The notes below the pieces were generated by a model, which was given only the letters and a program-made list of their open reading frames with translations, was not told the origin of the DNA and did no database searches. Made by a program: the position numbers and the translations under genes. 64,000 nucleotides of DNA from Patescibacteria group bacterium (lineage in GTDB: Bacteria > Patescibacteriota > Patescibacteriia > XYB2-FULL-38-15), in assembly GCA_041650995.1 (NCBI GenBank), contig JBAZJZ010000001.1, forward strand, positions 227,166-291,165. The letters run 5' to 3'. Shown piece by piece: positions 30,047 through 40,722 of this stretch (its first letter is position 1; each line of letters starts with the position of its first letter).

Positions 30047-30916
30047 ATGGGGAGGATAAAAGATTATCATAAAAAGAGTTACCGGAACCCTTTTTTTGGT
30101 GGGGCCAAAAGGGGAGGCGGTTTCCGCAAGCACTTTGGCCGGCGGCGTAGCTGGCGCACAAAGCTGTTTGCATTTTTATTTTTTATTTTATTTTTTGGTT
30201 TAGTCTATTTTATTTTTTTCTCGCCGTATTTTAGCATAAAAGAAGTTGAAATATTTGGTTTGGAAAAAATTAATTATGATGAGGCGCGTGCAGTAGTTGA
30301 TAACCAGGTTCAAGGCCGGAGATTTTTTATTTTTAGTCAAGATAATATTTTTATTTTTGACGAAAAATTACTTCAGGAAACGTTAGATGATAAATATTCG
30401 CTCAAATTTTTAAAAGTGGATAAAAGTTTACCTGGAATTATCAAGATATCCTTCGAAGAAAAAAAACCAGCTATGATTTGGAAAACGGCGGAGAAATTTT
30501 ATTTAGTTGATTGGGACGGCGCAATAATTCGCGAAATTACGGATCCGGAGGTATCAGAGTACCTGGGAAATCAGGGAGGGGCAAAAATGGCGCGAGTTTT
30601 TGATGGCAGCAATGATTCAGTGGCAACTAAAAGTAAAATTTTAACAGCCGGGGTAGTTCATACTATAACTGACCTACAAAACAATTTGCCGCGCGCCACA
30701 GGGCTTAATATTGTAAATTTTGTAATGGATAATCACAATGAGTCTACAATAAAAATTTTAACTGGCGAGGGTTGGGTATCCTACTTTTCGCTTAAAAACG
30801 ATTTAAACGCGCAGATTTTAAAACTTAATGCATTTATGGGAGAAAGGAATGTAGAAGAAAGAAAAAGATTAGAATATGTTGATTTAAGGTTTGAAGATAG
30901 GGTTTATTTCAAGTAG
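30047..30916 (+). CDS. ftsQ: FtsQ/DivIB-like POTRA protein
   Basis: Basic N-terminus, TM, SPYFSIKEVEI.G, C-terminal YVDLRFEDRVY. Confidence 0.75.
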   Translation: MGRIKDYHKKSYRNPFFGGAKRGGGFRKHFGRRRSWRTKLFAFLFFILFFGLVYFIFFSPYFSIKEVEIFGLEKINYDEARAVVDNQVQGRRFFIFSQDNIFIFDEKLLQETLDDKYSLKFLKVDKSLPGIIKISFEEKKPAMIWKTAEKFYLVDWDGAIIREITDPEVSEYLGNQGGAKMARVFDGSNDSVATKSKILTAGVVHTITDLQNNLPRATGLNIVNFVMDNHNESTIKILTGEGWVSYFSLKNDLNAQILKLNAFMGERNVEERKRLEYVDLRFEDRVYFK

Positions 30917-30950
30917 TAGCTACAAGATATTCTCGGATAAAGCTATCACA

Positions 30951-30978
30951 GCGTCGTATAAGGTGCATTGTGCGACGC
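30951..30978. other. Symmetric dif-like site (11-6-11)
   Basis: GCGTCGTATAA GGTGCA TTGTGCGACGC. Confidence 0.45.
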
Positions 30979-31033
30979 ATACCATATTATAAACTACCAC
31001 CTCCCTGTCAATTAAAGATCAGTTTTACGACAA

Positions 31034-31066
31034 CAAAAAACCACGCCCAATTGGCGTGGTTTTAAA
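31034..31066. terminator. Bidirectional terminator between convergent genes
   Basis: AAAACCACGCC-caatt-GGCGTGGTTTT. Confidence 0.8.
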
Positions 31067-31079
31067 ATATTTATTTTTT

Positions 31080-32336
31080 TTACGGAAGATAATCTAGCGG
31101 ATTAACCGGAATGCCGTCAAGACGCGTTTCAAAATGTAAATGTGGTCCCGTGGTAAAAGGTCCAGCTCCCGGCGTGCCAGGCATACCGCCGGAAAGGCCA
31201 ATAACCTGCCCCCTGATCACATATGTGTCTTCCTGAACACTAATTTTTGAAACATGTCCGTAAACAGTAGAAATTCCGTTAGCGTGGATTAACATAATAT
31301 AACTATATCCCTTTTGTCCCCCATTTTTGACCTTGCCAACGTAACCTGGGGCAGCAGCCTTAATTTGCGTGCCCTGATAAGCACGAATATCAATTCCGGA
31401 ATGTTCAAAAATATATCGATAAGGATAATCTGAATCGTGAAAGGTCGCAGTGATTCCCCTACTCGGATCAACTGGCCAGGAAAGAATAACTGAGCCGGAT
31501 TGTCCATTAGAAAAAGATTTATCGCTTTCTTCCAATCGTTGCCGGATTGATTTTTCGAGTGAAGTAATTTCTGAGTTTATTTGTTCTTCTTCGTATTTTG
31601 ATTGTAATAGCCAATTTTGAAACTGTTTTTCGGAAGCGGCTGTTCTATCAAGCAATACCTCCTTATTCATTATTTGTTCTTCAAGCGAACTTTGCATCTT
31701 TACCATTTCATTTTTTGAATTTTCTGCCTCATTTTTTTTATTCTCCAATTGTTTCTTTTGCTCTTCCAATGATGTCTTTAATTCCTGAATTTGATTTAAG
31801 GATTTTTGCAAATCAGCCTGCAGATTTTCAACATATTTCATCTGATTAAAGACTTCGGAAAAATATTGGTTGGTCGCGAGTACTTCAAGATAACCTTTTT
31901 GGTCATTCTTGTAAATCAATCGCAGGAATTCGGATATCCTATCTTTATTTAAGGTAATTTGATTTTCTTTTTCCTGAATTTGCGTTTCTAGATTTCTTAT
32001 TTCCAAAGTTATTGTTTCTATCTTTTTTTCCGTAGCTTCAATGTCTATTTTAATTTTAGCTATTTTATTAGATAGAATAGCGAGTTCAGTTGAAAGACTA
32101 ACGGATTTACGTTGGGCTTCTTCAATTTGTCTTTTATAGCTTTCTGATTTTTTTTGTAAAGCTTCAATCTCCTTCTTTTTTGCGTCTATTTCTCTATCTA
32201 AGTTAGAAATTTCTTGTACAAGTCCATTGGCAGGGGTGTTTTCGGCTTTTGCAGTATGAATTAAAGAAAAATTAAAAGGAACAATCAAACAGATTGCCGT
32301 TATAATAATCACTATTTTCCCGATTTTTTGTACCAT
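31080..32336 (-). CDS. Coiled-coil M23 peptidase (EnvC/murein hydrolase activator-like)
   Basis: Signal peptide, long coiled coil, HSGID, TGPHLHFE. Confidence 0.92.
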   Translation of the reverse strand: MVQKIGKIVIIITAICLIVPFNFSLIHTAKAENTPANGLVQEISNLDREIDAKKKEIEALQKKSESYKRQIEEAQRKSVSLSTELAILSNKIAKIKIDIEATEKKIETITLEIRNLETQIQEKENQITLNKDRISEFLRLIYKNDQKGYLEVLATNQYFSEVFNQMKYVENLQADLQKSLNQIQELKTSLEEQKKQLENKKNEAENSKNEMVKMQSSLEEQIMNKEVLLDRTAASEKQFQNWLLQSKYEEEQINSEITSLEKSIRQRLEESDKSFSNGQSGSVILSWPVDPSRGITATFHDSDYPYRYIFEHSGIDIRAYQGTQIKAAAPGYVGKVKNGGQKGYSYIMLIHANGISTVYGHVSKISVQEDTYVIRGQVIGLSGGMPGTPGAGPFTTGPHLHFETRLDGIPVNPLDYLP

Positions 32337-32358
32337 AATTTAATTATAGCACATTTTT

Positions 32359-33864
32359 TTAGGTCAGTAAATTTTTCGCTGCGGCGATTCTTTGCAAAGT
32401 TTTTTCTTTTCCCAAAATTTCAGCTACTTCAAAGGGCGGTGGAGAAGCTTTTAATCCGGTTAGAGCTACGCGAAGAGGCCACAGGGTCTCCCCCATTCCA
32501 AGATTTTTTTCGACAATTACTTTTTTGATATTTTCTTCCAAAAAACTTTTTATAAAATTTTCCGAGGAAGTTTTTTCTAGAAATTTTTCAATTTCGGATA
32601 AATGTTCCGCAACTTCTGCTGCCGTCATTTTTTTCCAAAATAAAAGCTCCTTGTCAAAAGCAAGATCTTTTTTAAAGAAAAAGGAGACGAGTCCCGGGAG
32701 ATCACTTAATCTAACAAGTCTTTCCTGTTCCAGGGCAAGTATTTTTTTCAATTGATCAAAAATCAATGGCTCGCCGGTATTCGCGACCTTCCACTCCGTA
32801 TCCCCCACTTTATTAATTAAATTTGCGTTTTCAAGATACGGAATACATTTTTCCGTTAATTCAGATAAATCCATTTTACGGATATAGTTGGCATTCAGCC
32901 AATTCAGTTTTTCAATATTAAAAATTGCCGCGGCTTTATTCATGTTGGATATAGAAAAATTTTTTGCTAATTCTTCTTTAGTAAAAAATTCTTGGTCGGT
33001 TTTGGGATTCCAGCCCAAAAAGGCCATAAAATTAATTAGAGCTTCCGGAAGGTAGCCCATAGCGCGATAATCTGCAATAGCCGTGGCGCCGTGGCGCTTG
33101 GATAATTTTGTCCGATCCGGTGCAAGAGTGAGTGGGATATGGGCATAGCCTAGTTTTTTGAAACCTAGGGCTTCAATTATGGCGATTTGTTTTGGCGTGT
33201 TGGAAATATGATCTTCGCCGCGGATAACATGGCTGATGTTCATTGTGTGGTCGTCAACGACTACCGCAAAATTGTAAAGTGGAGTTTCTAAATTTTTTGC
33301 GATTGTGATGTCGCCGATTAATTTTGTATCAAACTCCAGAACACCTTTTATTAAATCATTAAAAATAATTTTTTTAGACGGCATTCTAAATCGGATAATT
33401 GGTTTTCGACCTTCGTCAAGAAATTTTTTTATTTCCACTTCGCTCAAATTTGCGCAGCGTCCAGAATAAACCGGTGGCTCTCCCCTCTTTGTCATCGCCT
33501 CGCGCTCAGTTTCCAATTCCTCTTCGGTACAAAAACAATAATAAGCCTTATTTTCATTTAATAATTGCTGTAAATATTTTTTATAAGTTTCCAGGCGTTC
33601 ACTTTGCCGATATGGTCCAAAGTCTCCGTCGACGTCCGGCCCTTCATCATAATCAATTCCGAGCCAATGCAGACTTTCAATAATTTCTTTGGTAAATTTT
33701 TCATCAGATCGTTCTAAATCAGTATCTTCAATGCGTAAAACAAATTTTCCGCCCTGGTTTTTGGCGAACAAATAGTTAAAAAGCGCGGTTCTCGCTGTGC
33801 CAATATGTAAATATCCCGTCGGTGACGGGGCGATACGAACTCTAATTTCTTCTTTTTTAGGCAT
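32359..33864 (-). CDS. gltX: Glutamate--tRNA ligase
   Basis: RIAPSPTGYLHIG, RGEDH, KLSKR. Confidence 0.97.
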   Translation of the reverse strand: MPKKEEIRVRIAPSPTGYLHIGTARTALFNYLFAKNQGGKFVLRIEDTDLERSDEKFTKEIIESLHWLGIDYDEGPDVDGDFGPYRQSERLETYKKYLQQLLNENKAYYCFCTEEELETEREAMTKRGEPPVYSGRCANLSEVEIKKFLDEGRKPIIRFRMPSKKIIFNDLIKGVLEFDTKLIGDITIAKNLETPLYNFAVVVDDHTMNISHVIRGEDHISNTPKQIAIIEALGFKKLGYAHIPLTLAPDRTKLSKRHGATAIADYRAMGYLPEALINFMAFLGWNPKTDQEFFTKEELAKNFSISNMNKAAAIFNIEKLNWLNANYIRKMDLSELTEKCIPYLENANLINKVGDTEWKVANTGEPLIFDQLKKILALEQERLVRLSDLPGLVSFFFKKDLAFDKELLFWKKMTAAEVAEHLSEIEKFLEKTSSENFIKSFLEENIKKVIVEKNLGMGETLWPLRVALTGLKASPPPFEVAEILGKEKTLQRIAAAKNLLT

Positions 33865-34594
33865 ATTTTTTACCATTTTTAATTACTTTCCAGCTGAATT
33901 TTATCGTTGCGGTTAAAATTCTTTTCCAGCGCCAGGGCTGCATAAAAAGTCGCCAGAGCCATTCTAATCCAATTTTTCTCATCCATTTCGGCGCGCGTTT
34001 TATTTTGCCGGCAATAAAATCAAATGCTCCTCCGACGCCCATCGCGATTTTTATTGAGGAAATATTTTCTAAATTTTTTGCAATCCACTTTTCCTGCTTT
34101 CCCGCACCAAACGCCACAAATAAGATGTCGGGTTTTGCAAAATTTATTACTTGATTGTTTACGGTTAATTTTTGATCAGTAATTATGCCGCCGCTTTCCG
34201 CTCCAGCCATCCGCAACCCGGGAAATTTTTCCTTTAGTTTTTCCGCAGCTCTCTTGGCAATCCCCTCTCCTCCACCCAAAAGATAGATTGAATAATTTTT
34301 TTGTTCAGCAAGGCGGCAAAGATCTACCATTAGATCAACACCGTGAATTTTTTCCGGGAGTGGTCGCTTTAAATATCGTGAGGCAAAAATCAATCCCACA
34401 CCGTCCGGCACGGCTAAATCTGCGCGGTTTATAATTCCTAGAAATTCTTTGTCACTTTGTGCGGCCACCACTATTTCCGGATTGGGTGTGACAATATAAT
34501 GTTGCCGGTCGTCGGATAAAAACTTTTCTACTTTATCGAGAACATCAGCTTTATTCAAATTATCTATTTGAACTCCTAAAATGTTTACTTTCAC
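33857..34594 (-). CDS. WecB/TagA/CpsF-family glycosyltransferase
   Basis: VTPNPE, PDGVG, GVGGAFD, KRAP, LEWLWRL..QPWR. Confidence 0.93.
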   Translation of the reverse strand: MKVNILGVQIDNLNKADVLDKVEKFLSDDRQHYIVTPNPEIVVAAQSDKEFLGIINRADLAVPDGVGLIFASRYLKRPLPEKIHGVDLMVDLCRLAEQKNYSIYLLGGGEGIAKRAAEKLKEKFPGLRMAGAESGGIITDQKLTVNNQVINFAKPDILFVAFGAGKQEKWIAKNLENISSIKIAMGVGGAFDFIAGKIKRAPKWMRKIGLEWLWRLFMQPWRWKRILTATIKFSWKVIKNGKKYA

Positions 34595-34598
34595 AAAT

Positions 34599-35147
34599 TT
34601 ATTTCAAGGGAAAAGATTTAAGAACAGAGTAAACCGACCCGTCAGAAGTAAGTTCACTTTCCATAAGTTCAACACTTTTTACAGGAAAAGTCATGGACGG
34701 AATTTTTACGCTGGCGATTTTACATCTGGACCAGTCCTTAATTCTGCCCAGAGTTAGATGTCCCTGCCACGGACGCGTATCAACTTTATGGCCAAGATTT
34801 TCGAGCATTACTTCAAGTTTACCAATCAAATCATGGAGAGTTTCCGTATCTTCTACCGCAGTAAAAAACACCCGTGGTTCTCGTTCATTCGGAAAACAAC
34901 CAGAAGTTCCAATATTTAATTTAAAAGATTCAATACGTTTAGTTATTTCTTCAATCCCCTCTTCCACCAGAGCAATTTGCTTTTCGCTTAGATCACCGAA
35001 GAAATGCAATGTTAGATGAAGATTTTCTGGTTCAACCCACTTTATCCCGTAATCAGGATTTAATTTTTTCAATTCTTCAATAATAGGGTCGAATTTTTTC
35101 TTTATGTCGTCTGGCAGATTTATGGCGATAAAAGTGCGTTTAGTCAT
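34599..35147 (-). CDS. thpR: RNA 2',3'-cyclic phosphodiesterase (start revised)
   Basis: RTFIAI, HLTLHFFG and HLTLGR (2H motifs). Confidence 0.92.
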   Translation of the reverse strand: MTKRTFIAINLPDDIKKKFDPIIEELKKLNPDYGIKWVEPENLHLTLHFFGDLSEKQIALVEEGIEEITKRIESFKLNIGTSGCFPNEREPRVFFTAVEDTETLHDLIGKLEVMLENLGHKVDTRPWQGHLTLGRIKDWSRCKIASVKIPSMTFPVKSVELMESELTSDGSVYSVLKSFPLK

Positions 35148-35322
35148 AAATTTTCCGAAATTATTAGTGTTAAAATTATAGCATTTTTTTGTTTTTAAGG
35201 CAAACTTTATGCGTTGACTAAAATTCAATTTTTTGGTAAATTTTAGGCAGTGAGGCGGAAGCCGGGGTCTCCGGGTAGTTGGGATTTTCTCCGTGGCTCG
35301 GAGGAGAGAGGAGAGTAAAATA

Positions 35323-35715
35323 ATGGCAGCGGGAAATTCTCGAGTAAGGTATGGTTCAGGTCATTCGACAAGAGAAATGCCCGTTCTTCCGGATTGCCGA
35401 CGGGGCCATGTCTGTATTTCTTCGTCTCGTGGAGCGGGCCATTGTGGCCACTGTGATACGGATTTCATCTGTCCTTCATGCAAACATAATGGCATGAAGA
35501 CCAAGGATTGCGAACCGCCTGCCTTCATCCTGCAGTGTCCCCGATGTCAACACGAAGAACGGATTCACTGGGTTGAGTTTGACATCCAGTGTCCCCGATG
35601 CGGATGTAAAAACGCTTCCGGGACATATTCGAGGTTGCTGGAACCGATCATTCAATGCCCGGACTGCGGACCGAGTAGGGGGGGTGTCGGTCGTGCAGAA
35701 AAGGAGGGGAAATGA
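35323..35715 (+). CDS. Multi-CxxC zinc-ribbon orphan, GC-rich unit 7 gene 1
   Basis: CGHC, CPSC, CPRC, CPRC, CPDC; promoter TTGACT 35214, 17 bp, TAAATT; purine-rich SD. Confidence 0.7.
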   Translation: MAAGNSRVRYGSGHSTREMPVLPDCRRGHVCISSSRGAGHCGHCDTDFICPSCKHNGMKTKDCEPPAFILQCPRCQHEERIHWVEFDIQCPRCGCKNASGTYSRLLEPIIQCPDCGPSRGGVGRAEKEGK

Positions 35716-35933
35716 GCAAACTGCCTGGAAGGCAAGAAGAGGGAAAAATTCCATCCTGGTTTTTGGACGGTCAAGGCCAGATTGGTTGCACGGCAATCGG
35801 AGGCAATCCTCCGTCGACTCTTCTGCACATACCCCCTGTTTTAGAGGGTGTGGATGTGGAACAAGCCTGGTGGCCAAAAAATGGGCTGGGAGGCGATTAT
35901 GAGTTGCTTCCCTGGCTGACGCGCCCAATTTGA
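35712..35933 (+). CDS. Orphan, unit 7 gene 2
   Basis: ATGA overlap with gene 1; SD AAGGAGG. Confidence 0.6.
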   Translation: MSKLPGRQEEGKIPSWFLDGQGQIGCTAIGGNPPSTLLHIPPVLEGVDVEQAWWPKNGLGGDYELLPWLTRPI

Positions 35934-35954
35934 ACAAAAGAAGGGGAAGACAAG

Positions 35955-36221
35955 GTGGCAAGAAAATCTGGACGTCGTAAGAACATCTTCAGTGGTCTTG
36001 GAATCTCTCCTGAACAAGAAGCTGCGCTCAGAAGAAGGGCGCCGCCGCTTTCGGAGAGACGGTGGCTCGAGATACAACTGCTCATTGCGCGGGATGCGTT
36101 GGCCGACAGTTTTCCCCTGGAACCGATTTTTGTCGTTCCGCCAATCGTGGGACGCGAAGAGCGCAAGCCGCGAAGATCGATTCTGATCGACAACTTCTCC
36201 GGAGTAGAAAGGCTTCGCTAG
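35955..36221 (+). CDS. Orphan, unit 7 gene 3
   Basis: GTG start after AGAAGGGG. Confidence 0.55.
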   Translation: MARKSGRRKNIFSGLGISPEQEAALRRRAPPLSERRWLEIQLLIARDALADSFPLEPIFVVPPIVGREERKPRRSILIDNFSGVERLR

Positions 36222-36234
36222 GGAGAAGAACTAC

Positions 36235-36462
36235 GTGAGTGAAGACGCTAATTTAAAAGAGCGCGAAGAAGCTTTGCGCCAACGACTTGTTACCTGGGCA
36301 GCACTTACTCCGGAGGAACGTCTGGATGCGAGGGTAAAAAGACTTCGTTTGTGGAAGCGACTCGAGGAAGAAGCCACCGGTGTCTGCAGTCGCGAAGCTG
36401 GTCTGCCCGGTGACTGGGATATTCCTTGCCGACCCGACGTGGAGTTTAAGGAGGTGGATTAG
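36235..36462 (+). CDS. Orphan, unit 7 gene 4
   Basis: GTG start after AGGGAG; stop abuts the terminator. Confidence 0.55.
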   Translation: MSEDANLKEREEALRQRLVTWAALTPEERLDARVKRLRLWKRLEEEATGVCSREAGLPGDWDIPCRPDVEFKEVD

Positions 36463-36493
36463 CCGACGCGAAAGAGGAAGCGTCGGTTTTTTT
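36463..36493 (+). terminator. Intrinsic terminator, unit 7
   Basis: CCGACGC-N10-GCGTCGG-T7, same stem as at 4041. Confidence 0.85.
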
Positions 36494-36521
36494 ATTATCT
36501 GATTTTTGCTATAATTAAAGT

Positions 36522-37547
36522 ATGAAAGAGGCTTTATTTTACAAAAAATTATCCAAAAATCGCGTCCAGTGCCAGGCGTGTAGTCATTACTGTAAAATCG
36601 CGCCAGGCAATCGCGGGATTTGTGGCGTTCGGGAAAATCAGGACGGCAAACTTTATTCTTTGGTTTACGGAAAAATTGTCGCCAAAAATGTTGATCCAAT
36701 TGAGAAAAAACCACTTTTTCATTTTTTACCGGGAACAAAAAGTTTATCGATTGCTACGGTCGGCTGCAATTTCAGATGTCTCTATTGTCAGAACGCAGAC
36801 ATTGCCCAGATGCCGAAAGAAAGCGTTTTATTCCGAGAAGGCAACGTCCCAGGAATTGATCTGACGCCAAAAAATATTGTGAACGAGGCATTATTGATCG
36901 GCGCGCCGAGTATAGCTTATACTTATACCGAACCGACGATTTTTATTGAGTTTGCTCTGGAAACAATGAAGCTGGCGCGCCAGAAAAATTTAAAAAATAT
37001 CTGGGTGACAAACGGTTACGCGAGCAAAGAAGTTTTAAAAGAAGTAATCCCCTATCTTGACGCGGCCAATATTGATATAAAAGGTTTTACTGAAGAATTT
37101 TATAATAAAATTTGCGGCGCGAAGTTGCAGCCGGTTTTGGAAGCCGCAAAAATGATGAAGCGCGGCGGTGTTTGGGTAGAAATTACAACGCTTGTTGTGC
37201 CCGAGCAAAATGATACGAAAGAACATTTTGAAAGTATCGCTAAATTTATTGCTAAAAATTTGGGAAAAGAAACTCCGTGGCATATCTCTAAATTTTTTCC
37301 AACTTACAAATTAAAAAACTTGCCACCCACTCCCCAATCATCTTTGATTGAAGCCAGAGAGTTTGGAAAAAAATTCGGTTTGCGCTATATTTATTTAGGT
37401 AATGTGCCGCTCGCGGAAGGCGAAACAACTATTTGCCCAAAGTGCGGCGTTAAAATGATTGAACGTTCTGGTTATGAAATTGTCCGCTACGACAAAGACG
37501 GTAAATGCGCGAATTGTGGTGAAAATTTAAATTTAATTTTAAAATAA
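36522..37547 (+). CDS. amrS: AmmeMemoRadiSam system radical SAM enzyme
   Basis: CQACSHYC..CGVR, DPIEKKPLFHF, GCNFRCLYCQN, YTYTEP. Confidence 0.93.
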   Translation: MKEALFYKKLSKNRVQCQACSHYCKIAPGNRGICGVRENQDGKLYSLVYGKIVAKNVDPIEKKPLFHFLPGTKSLSIATVGCNFRCLYCQNADIAQMPKESVLFREGNVPGIDLTPKNIVNEALLIGAPSIAYTYTEPTIFIEFALETMKLARQKNLKNIWVTNGYASKEVLKEVIPYLDAANIDIKGFTEEFYNKICGAKLQPVLEAAKMMKRGGVWVEITTLVVPEQNDTKEHFESIAKFIAKNLGKETPWHISKFFPTYKLKNLPPTPQSSLIEAREFGKKFGLRYIYLGNVPLAEGETTICPKCGVKMIERSGYEIVRYDKDGKCANCGENLNLILK

Positions 37548-37564
37548 TTTTTAACTTTAAAATT

Positions 37565-37831
37565 ATGGCCGAACAAATAAGCGGAATTGAACGGGTGCAA
37601 GAATTGCGTTCAAGATTAGAAATTTTTTGGAGGAACGTTTTAGGGGAATATTTTGAACAACACCATGAGTATCCCCCGTTTGTGGATCGGGGAAAAGTTG
37701 GTGAATTTATTCAATTGGTTAGTAATAGGGATTCTCAATTTAGACAAAGCGTGGAGCAATTTAGGCCGATTCAAAGTGAAGTAGAAAAAGTAGCCATGGA
37801 AGTATATCGCGATCTCATAAAAGCAAAGTAG
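37565..37831 (+). CDS. Hypothetical protein
   Basis: Follows amrS; hairpin downstream at about 37855-37881. Confidence 0.65.
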   Translation: MAEQISGIERVQELRSRLEIFWRNVLGEYFEQHHEYPPFVDRGKVGEFIQLVSNRDSQFRQSVEQFRPIQSEVEKVAMEVYRDLIKAK

Positions 37832-37921
37832 AAAAAATCGTCCACGTCGAACTAAAGTCCCGCTTATTTCTGTGGGATTTTAGTTATAGTTGACAAGATT
37901 TTTGGTTGAGTTAAAATATAA

Positions 37922-37948
37922 TTAGCACTCTAAACTTAAGACTGCTAA
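37922..37948 (+). promoter_or_regulatory. CIRCE operator (HrcA)
   Basis: TTAGCACTC-N9-GACTGCTAA, one mismatch to consensus, just after TTGACA 37890 / TAAAAT 37912 and before clpB. Confidence 0.88.
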
Positions 37949-37979
37949 TTTTTAAACATTTAAATATTGATTATAAAAT

Positions 37980-40613
37980 ATGCCAATGCTCCCGCAAAAT
38001 TTTACCACTAAATCTCAGGAAGCCCTGCAGGCGGCCCAGGGTTTGGTTTTTGAATATAACCATCAATATTTGGATCCTCTTCACGTTTTTTCAGCTCTTT
38101 TGGACCAGGAGGGCGGGATTGTTGGTTCGCTTCTTCAAAAACTGGGGATTAATATAGTTGATTTAAAACAAAGAATTTTAACAGAGTTTCAAAAATTACC
38201 AAAGCACGCCGGTCGGAGGCAAGGAGGTATGGCGCAAATGAATGTTGGGCAGGAAATGGTTCAAGTTTTTTATGCCGTGGAAAAAGAAGCCAAAAAAATG
38301 AAAGATGAATATATTAGCACTGAACATATGCTTTTGGGATTAGTAAGCGTGAAAAGCCGGGCTAGTGAAATTTTATCTGCGGCGGGCGTAACCTACGACG
38401 GAGCGCTTAAGGTTCTCGCTGAAGTTCGCGGTACGCAGAAAGTTGATTCACCGGAACCGGAAGCAAAATACCAAGTTTTGGAAAAATATACGATTAATCT
38501 TACAGAATTAGCTCGTCAGAAAAAACTTGATCCGGTCATAGGCCGCGATGAAGAAATCCGTCGCGTGATGCAAGTGCTTTCGCGCCGGACAAAAAATAAT
38601 CCGGTTTTAATCGGCGAGGCTGGTACGGGAAAAACCGCGATTGTCGAAGGTTTAGCGCAGCGAATCGTGGCCGGCGATGTGCCAGAAAGTTTAAAAGATA
38701 AAGAGTTGGTTTCCTTGGATTTGGGTTCACTTTTGGCTGGGACAAAATTTCGCGGTGAATTTGAAGACCGATTGAAGGCTGTAATTAAAGAAGTAAAACA
38801 AGCCAGCGGAAAAATAATTTTATTTATTGACGAATTGCATACAATCGTTGGGGCGGGCGCGCTTGAGGGAGCGATGGACGCTTCTAATATGTTAAAACCG
38901 GCTCTGGCTCGCGGTGAATTGCATACGATTGGCGCGACAACCATCAAGGAATATCATAAGTACGTGGAAAAAGACGCGGCCCTGGAACGGCGTTTCCAGC
39001 CAGTCTTTGTCGGCGAACCGTCGGTAGAAGATACGATTGCTATCTTGCGTGGCATCAAAGAAAAATATGAGGTTCATCACGGCGTAAAAATTACCGATGC
39101 GGCGATTATCGCGGCGGCAACTCTTTCGCATCGCTATATTTCAGACCGTTTTCTACCCGACAAAGCAGTGGACTTAATTGATGAAGCAACATCCGCACTC
39201 AGAATGGAAATTGATTCTATGCCGACCGAGCTGGATCAGCTGAAAAGAAAAATGATGAAATTGGAAATTGAGCGGCAAGCTTTGATGAAAGAAAAAAATG
39301 AAGACGTAAAAGATGAACTTAAAAAATTAACTAAAGAATTAGCCGAAACGCAGGAAAAATCAAAAGAATTAGAGATCGGCTGGCGTTATGAAAAAGATTT
39401 GATTAGCCAAATTAGAAAAGCGCAAAAACAAATTGATTATTTAAAACAACAAGCTGATATTGCCGAGCGAAAAAGCGAATTAGAAAAAGTCGCCGAGATT
39501 CGTTATGGCAAAATTCCGGAATTAGAAAAAGAAATCAAGACTTTGGAAAAAAAATTAAAAAAAGCGCCAGCAGACAAAAGAATTTTGCGCGAAGAGGTTA
39601 CTGACGAAGATATCGCGAAAGTTGTTTCCCGTTGGACCGGCGTTCCGGTTTCAAAAATGCTTCAAGGTGAGGTGGAAAAATTGGCACACGCCGAGGACGA
39701 ATTGAGCAAAAGAGTTATCGGTCAGAAAGACGCGATAAAAACTATTGCTAATGCGTTGCGTCGTTCACGGGCCGGAATTTCTGAAGAGAAAAAACCGATT
39801 GGCTCATTCATTTTTGTCGGCCCGACCGGCGTTGGTAAAACTGAACTTTCAAAAGCTTTGGCGGAATTTATGTTTAATGATGAAAACGCGCTTGTCAGGG
39901 TTGATATGTCAGAATATATGGAAAAACATTCCGTGGCGCGGCTCGTTGGCTCCCCTCCCGGTTACGTCGGCTATGATGAAGGCGGACAATTAACCGAAGC
40001 TATTCGCCGCCGGCCGTATTCTGTCGTTCTTTTTGATGAAATTGAAAAAGCCCATCCCGAAGTCTTTAATATTTTGCTTCAGATTTTAGACGATGGGCGT
40101 TTGACTGACGGTCGCGGCCGCACCGTGAATTTTAAAAATACGATTATTATCATGACCTCAAATCTTGGTAATCAGGTTATTCGAGATTTTTCTATTGGTT
40201 TTCAAGATGGAGAAAATCGTGAAATAAGCCGCGACAGCGAAATGCGCAGTAAGATTATGGACATTCTTCGAGAGACGTTTAAGTTGGAATTTTTAAACCG
40301 TATTGATGAGATTGTGATCTTCAAGAGTTTGGGAAAAACGGAAATCGGAAAAATTATTGAATTGCAGTTAGTCGAAGTTCAAAAACGGCTTAATGCTAAA
40401 AAAATAAAATTGGATATTGCCGATACAGTTAAAAAGATGCTCGCGGAAAAAGGCTTTGATCCGATTTTTGGAGCCCGTCCATTGAAACGTGTTATTCAAA
40501 ATCAGATTTTAGACGAGCTGGCGCTGCAGATTATTGAGGGAAAAATAAAAGACGGAGATAAGGTGGAGATTGACCTAGGTAAAGAGAAAAAAATTACATT
40601 TGCAATAAAATAA
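37980..40613 (+). CDS. clpB: ATP-dependent chaperone ClpB
   Basis: Two AAA modules ([16 protein letters not shown]), long M-domain coiled coil, upstream CIRCE. Confidence 0.96.
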   Translation: MPMLPQNFTTKSQEALQAAQGLVFEYNHQYLDPLHVFSALLDQEGGIVGSLLQKLGINIVDLKQRILTEFQKLPKHAGRRQGGMAQMNVGQEMVQVFYAVEKEAKKMKDEYISTEHMLLGLVSVKSRASEILSAAGVTYDGALKVLAEVRGTQKVDSPEPEAKYQVLEKYTINLTELARQKKLDPVIGRDEEIRRVMQVLSRRTKNNPVLIGEAGTGKTAIVEGLAQRIVAGDVPESLKDKELVSLDLGSLLAGTKFRGEFEDRLKAVIKEVKQASGKIILFIDELHTIVGAGALEGAMDASNMLKPALARGELHTIGATTIKEYHKYVEKDAALERRFQPVFVGEPSVEDTIAILRGIKEKYEVHHGVKITDAAIIAAATLSHRYISDRFLPDKAVDLIDEATSALRMEIDSMPTELDQLKRKMMKLEIERQALMKEKNEDVKDELKKLTKELAETQEKSKELEIGWRYEKDLISQIRKAQKQIDYLKQQADIAERKSELEKVAEIRYGKIPELEKEIKTLEKKLKKAPADKRILREEVTDEDIAKVVSRWTGVPVSKMLQGEVEKLAHAEDELSKRVIGQKDAIKTIANALRRSRAGISEEKKPIGSFIFVGPTGVGKTELSKALAEFMFNDENALVRVDMSEYMEKHSVARLVGSPPGYVGYDEGGQLTEAIRRRPYSVVLFDEIEKAHPEVFNILLQILDDGRLTDGRGRTVNFKNTIIIMTSNLGNQVIRDFSIGFQDGENREISRDSEMRSKIMDILRETFKLEFLNRIDEIVIFKSLGKTEIGKIIELQLVEVQKRLNAKKIKLDIADTVKKMLAEKGFDPIFGARPLKRVIQNQILDELALQIIEGKIKDGDKVEIDLGKEKKITFAIK

Positions 40614-40656
40614 AAGTATTTAAAAATTACGGCCGAAAAAGCCGTGGTTTTTTTAT

Positions 40657-40704
40657 AAAAAAAGACCCGACTCGGAAGATATTTCAGTCTCTTCACGAGT
40701 CGGG
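40657..40704 (-). terminator. Intrinsic terminator, unit 8
   Basis: CCCGACTCG...CGAGTCGGG with U-tract on the minus strand. Confidence 0.75.
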
Positions 40705-40722
40705 GTGACTCCAGTCTGGGAG

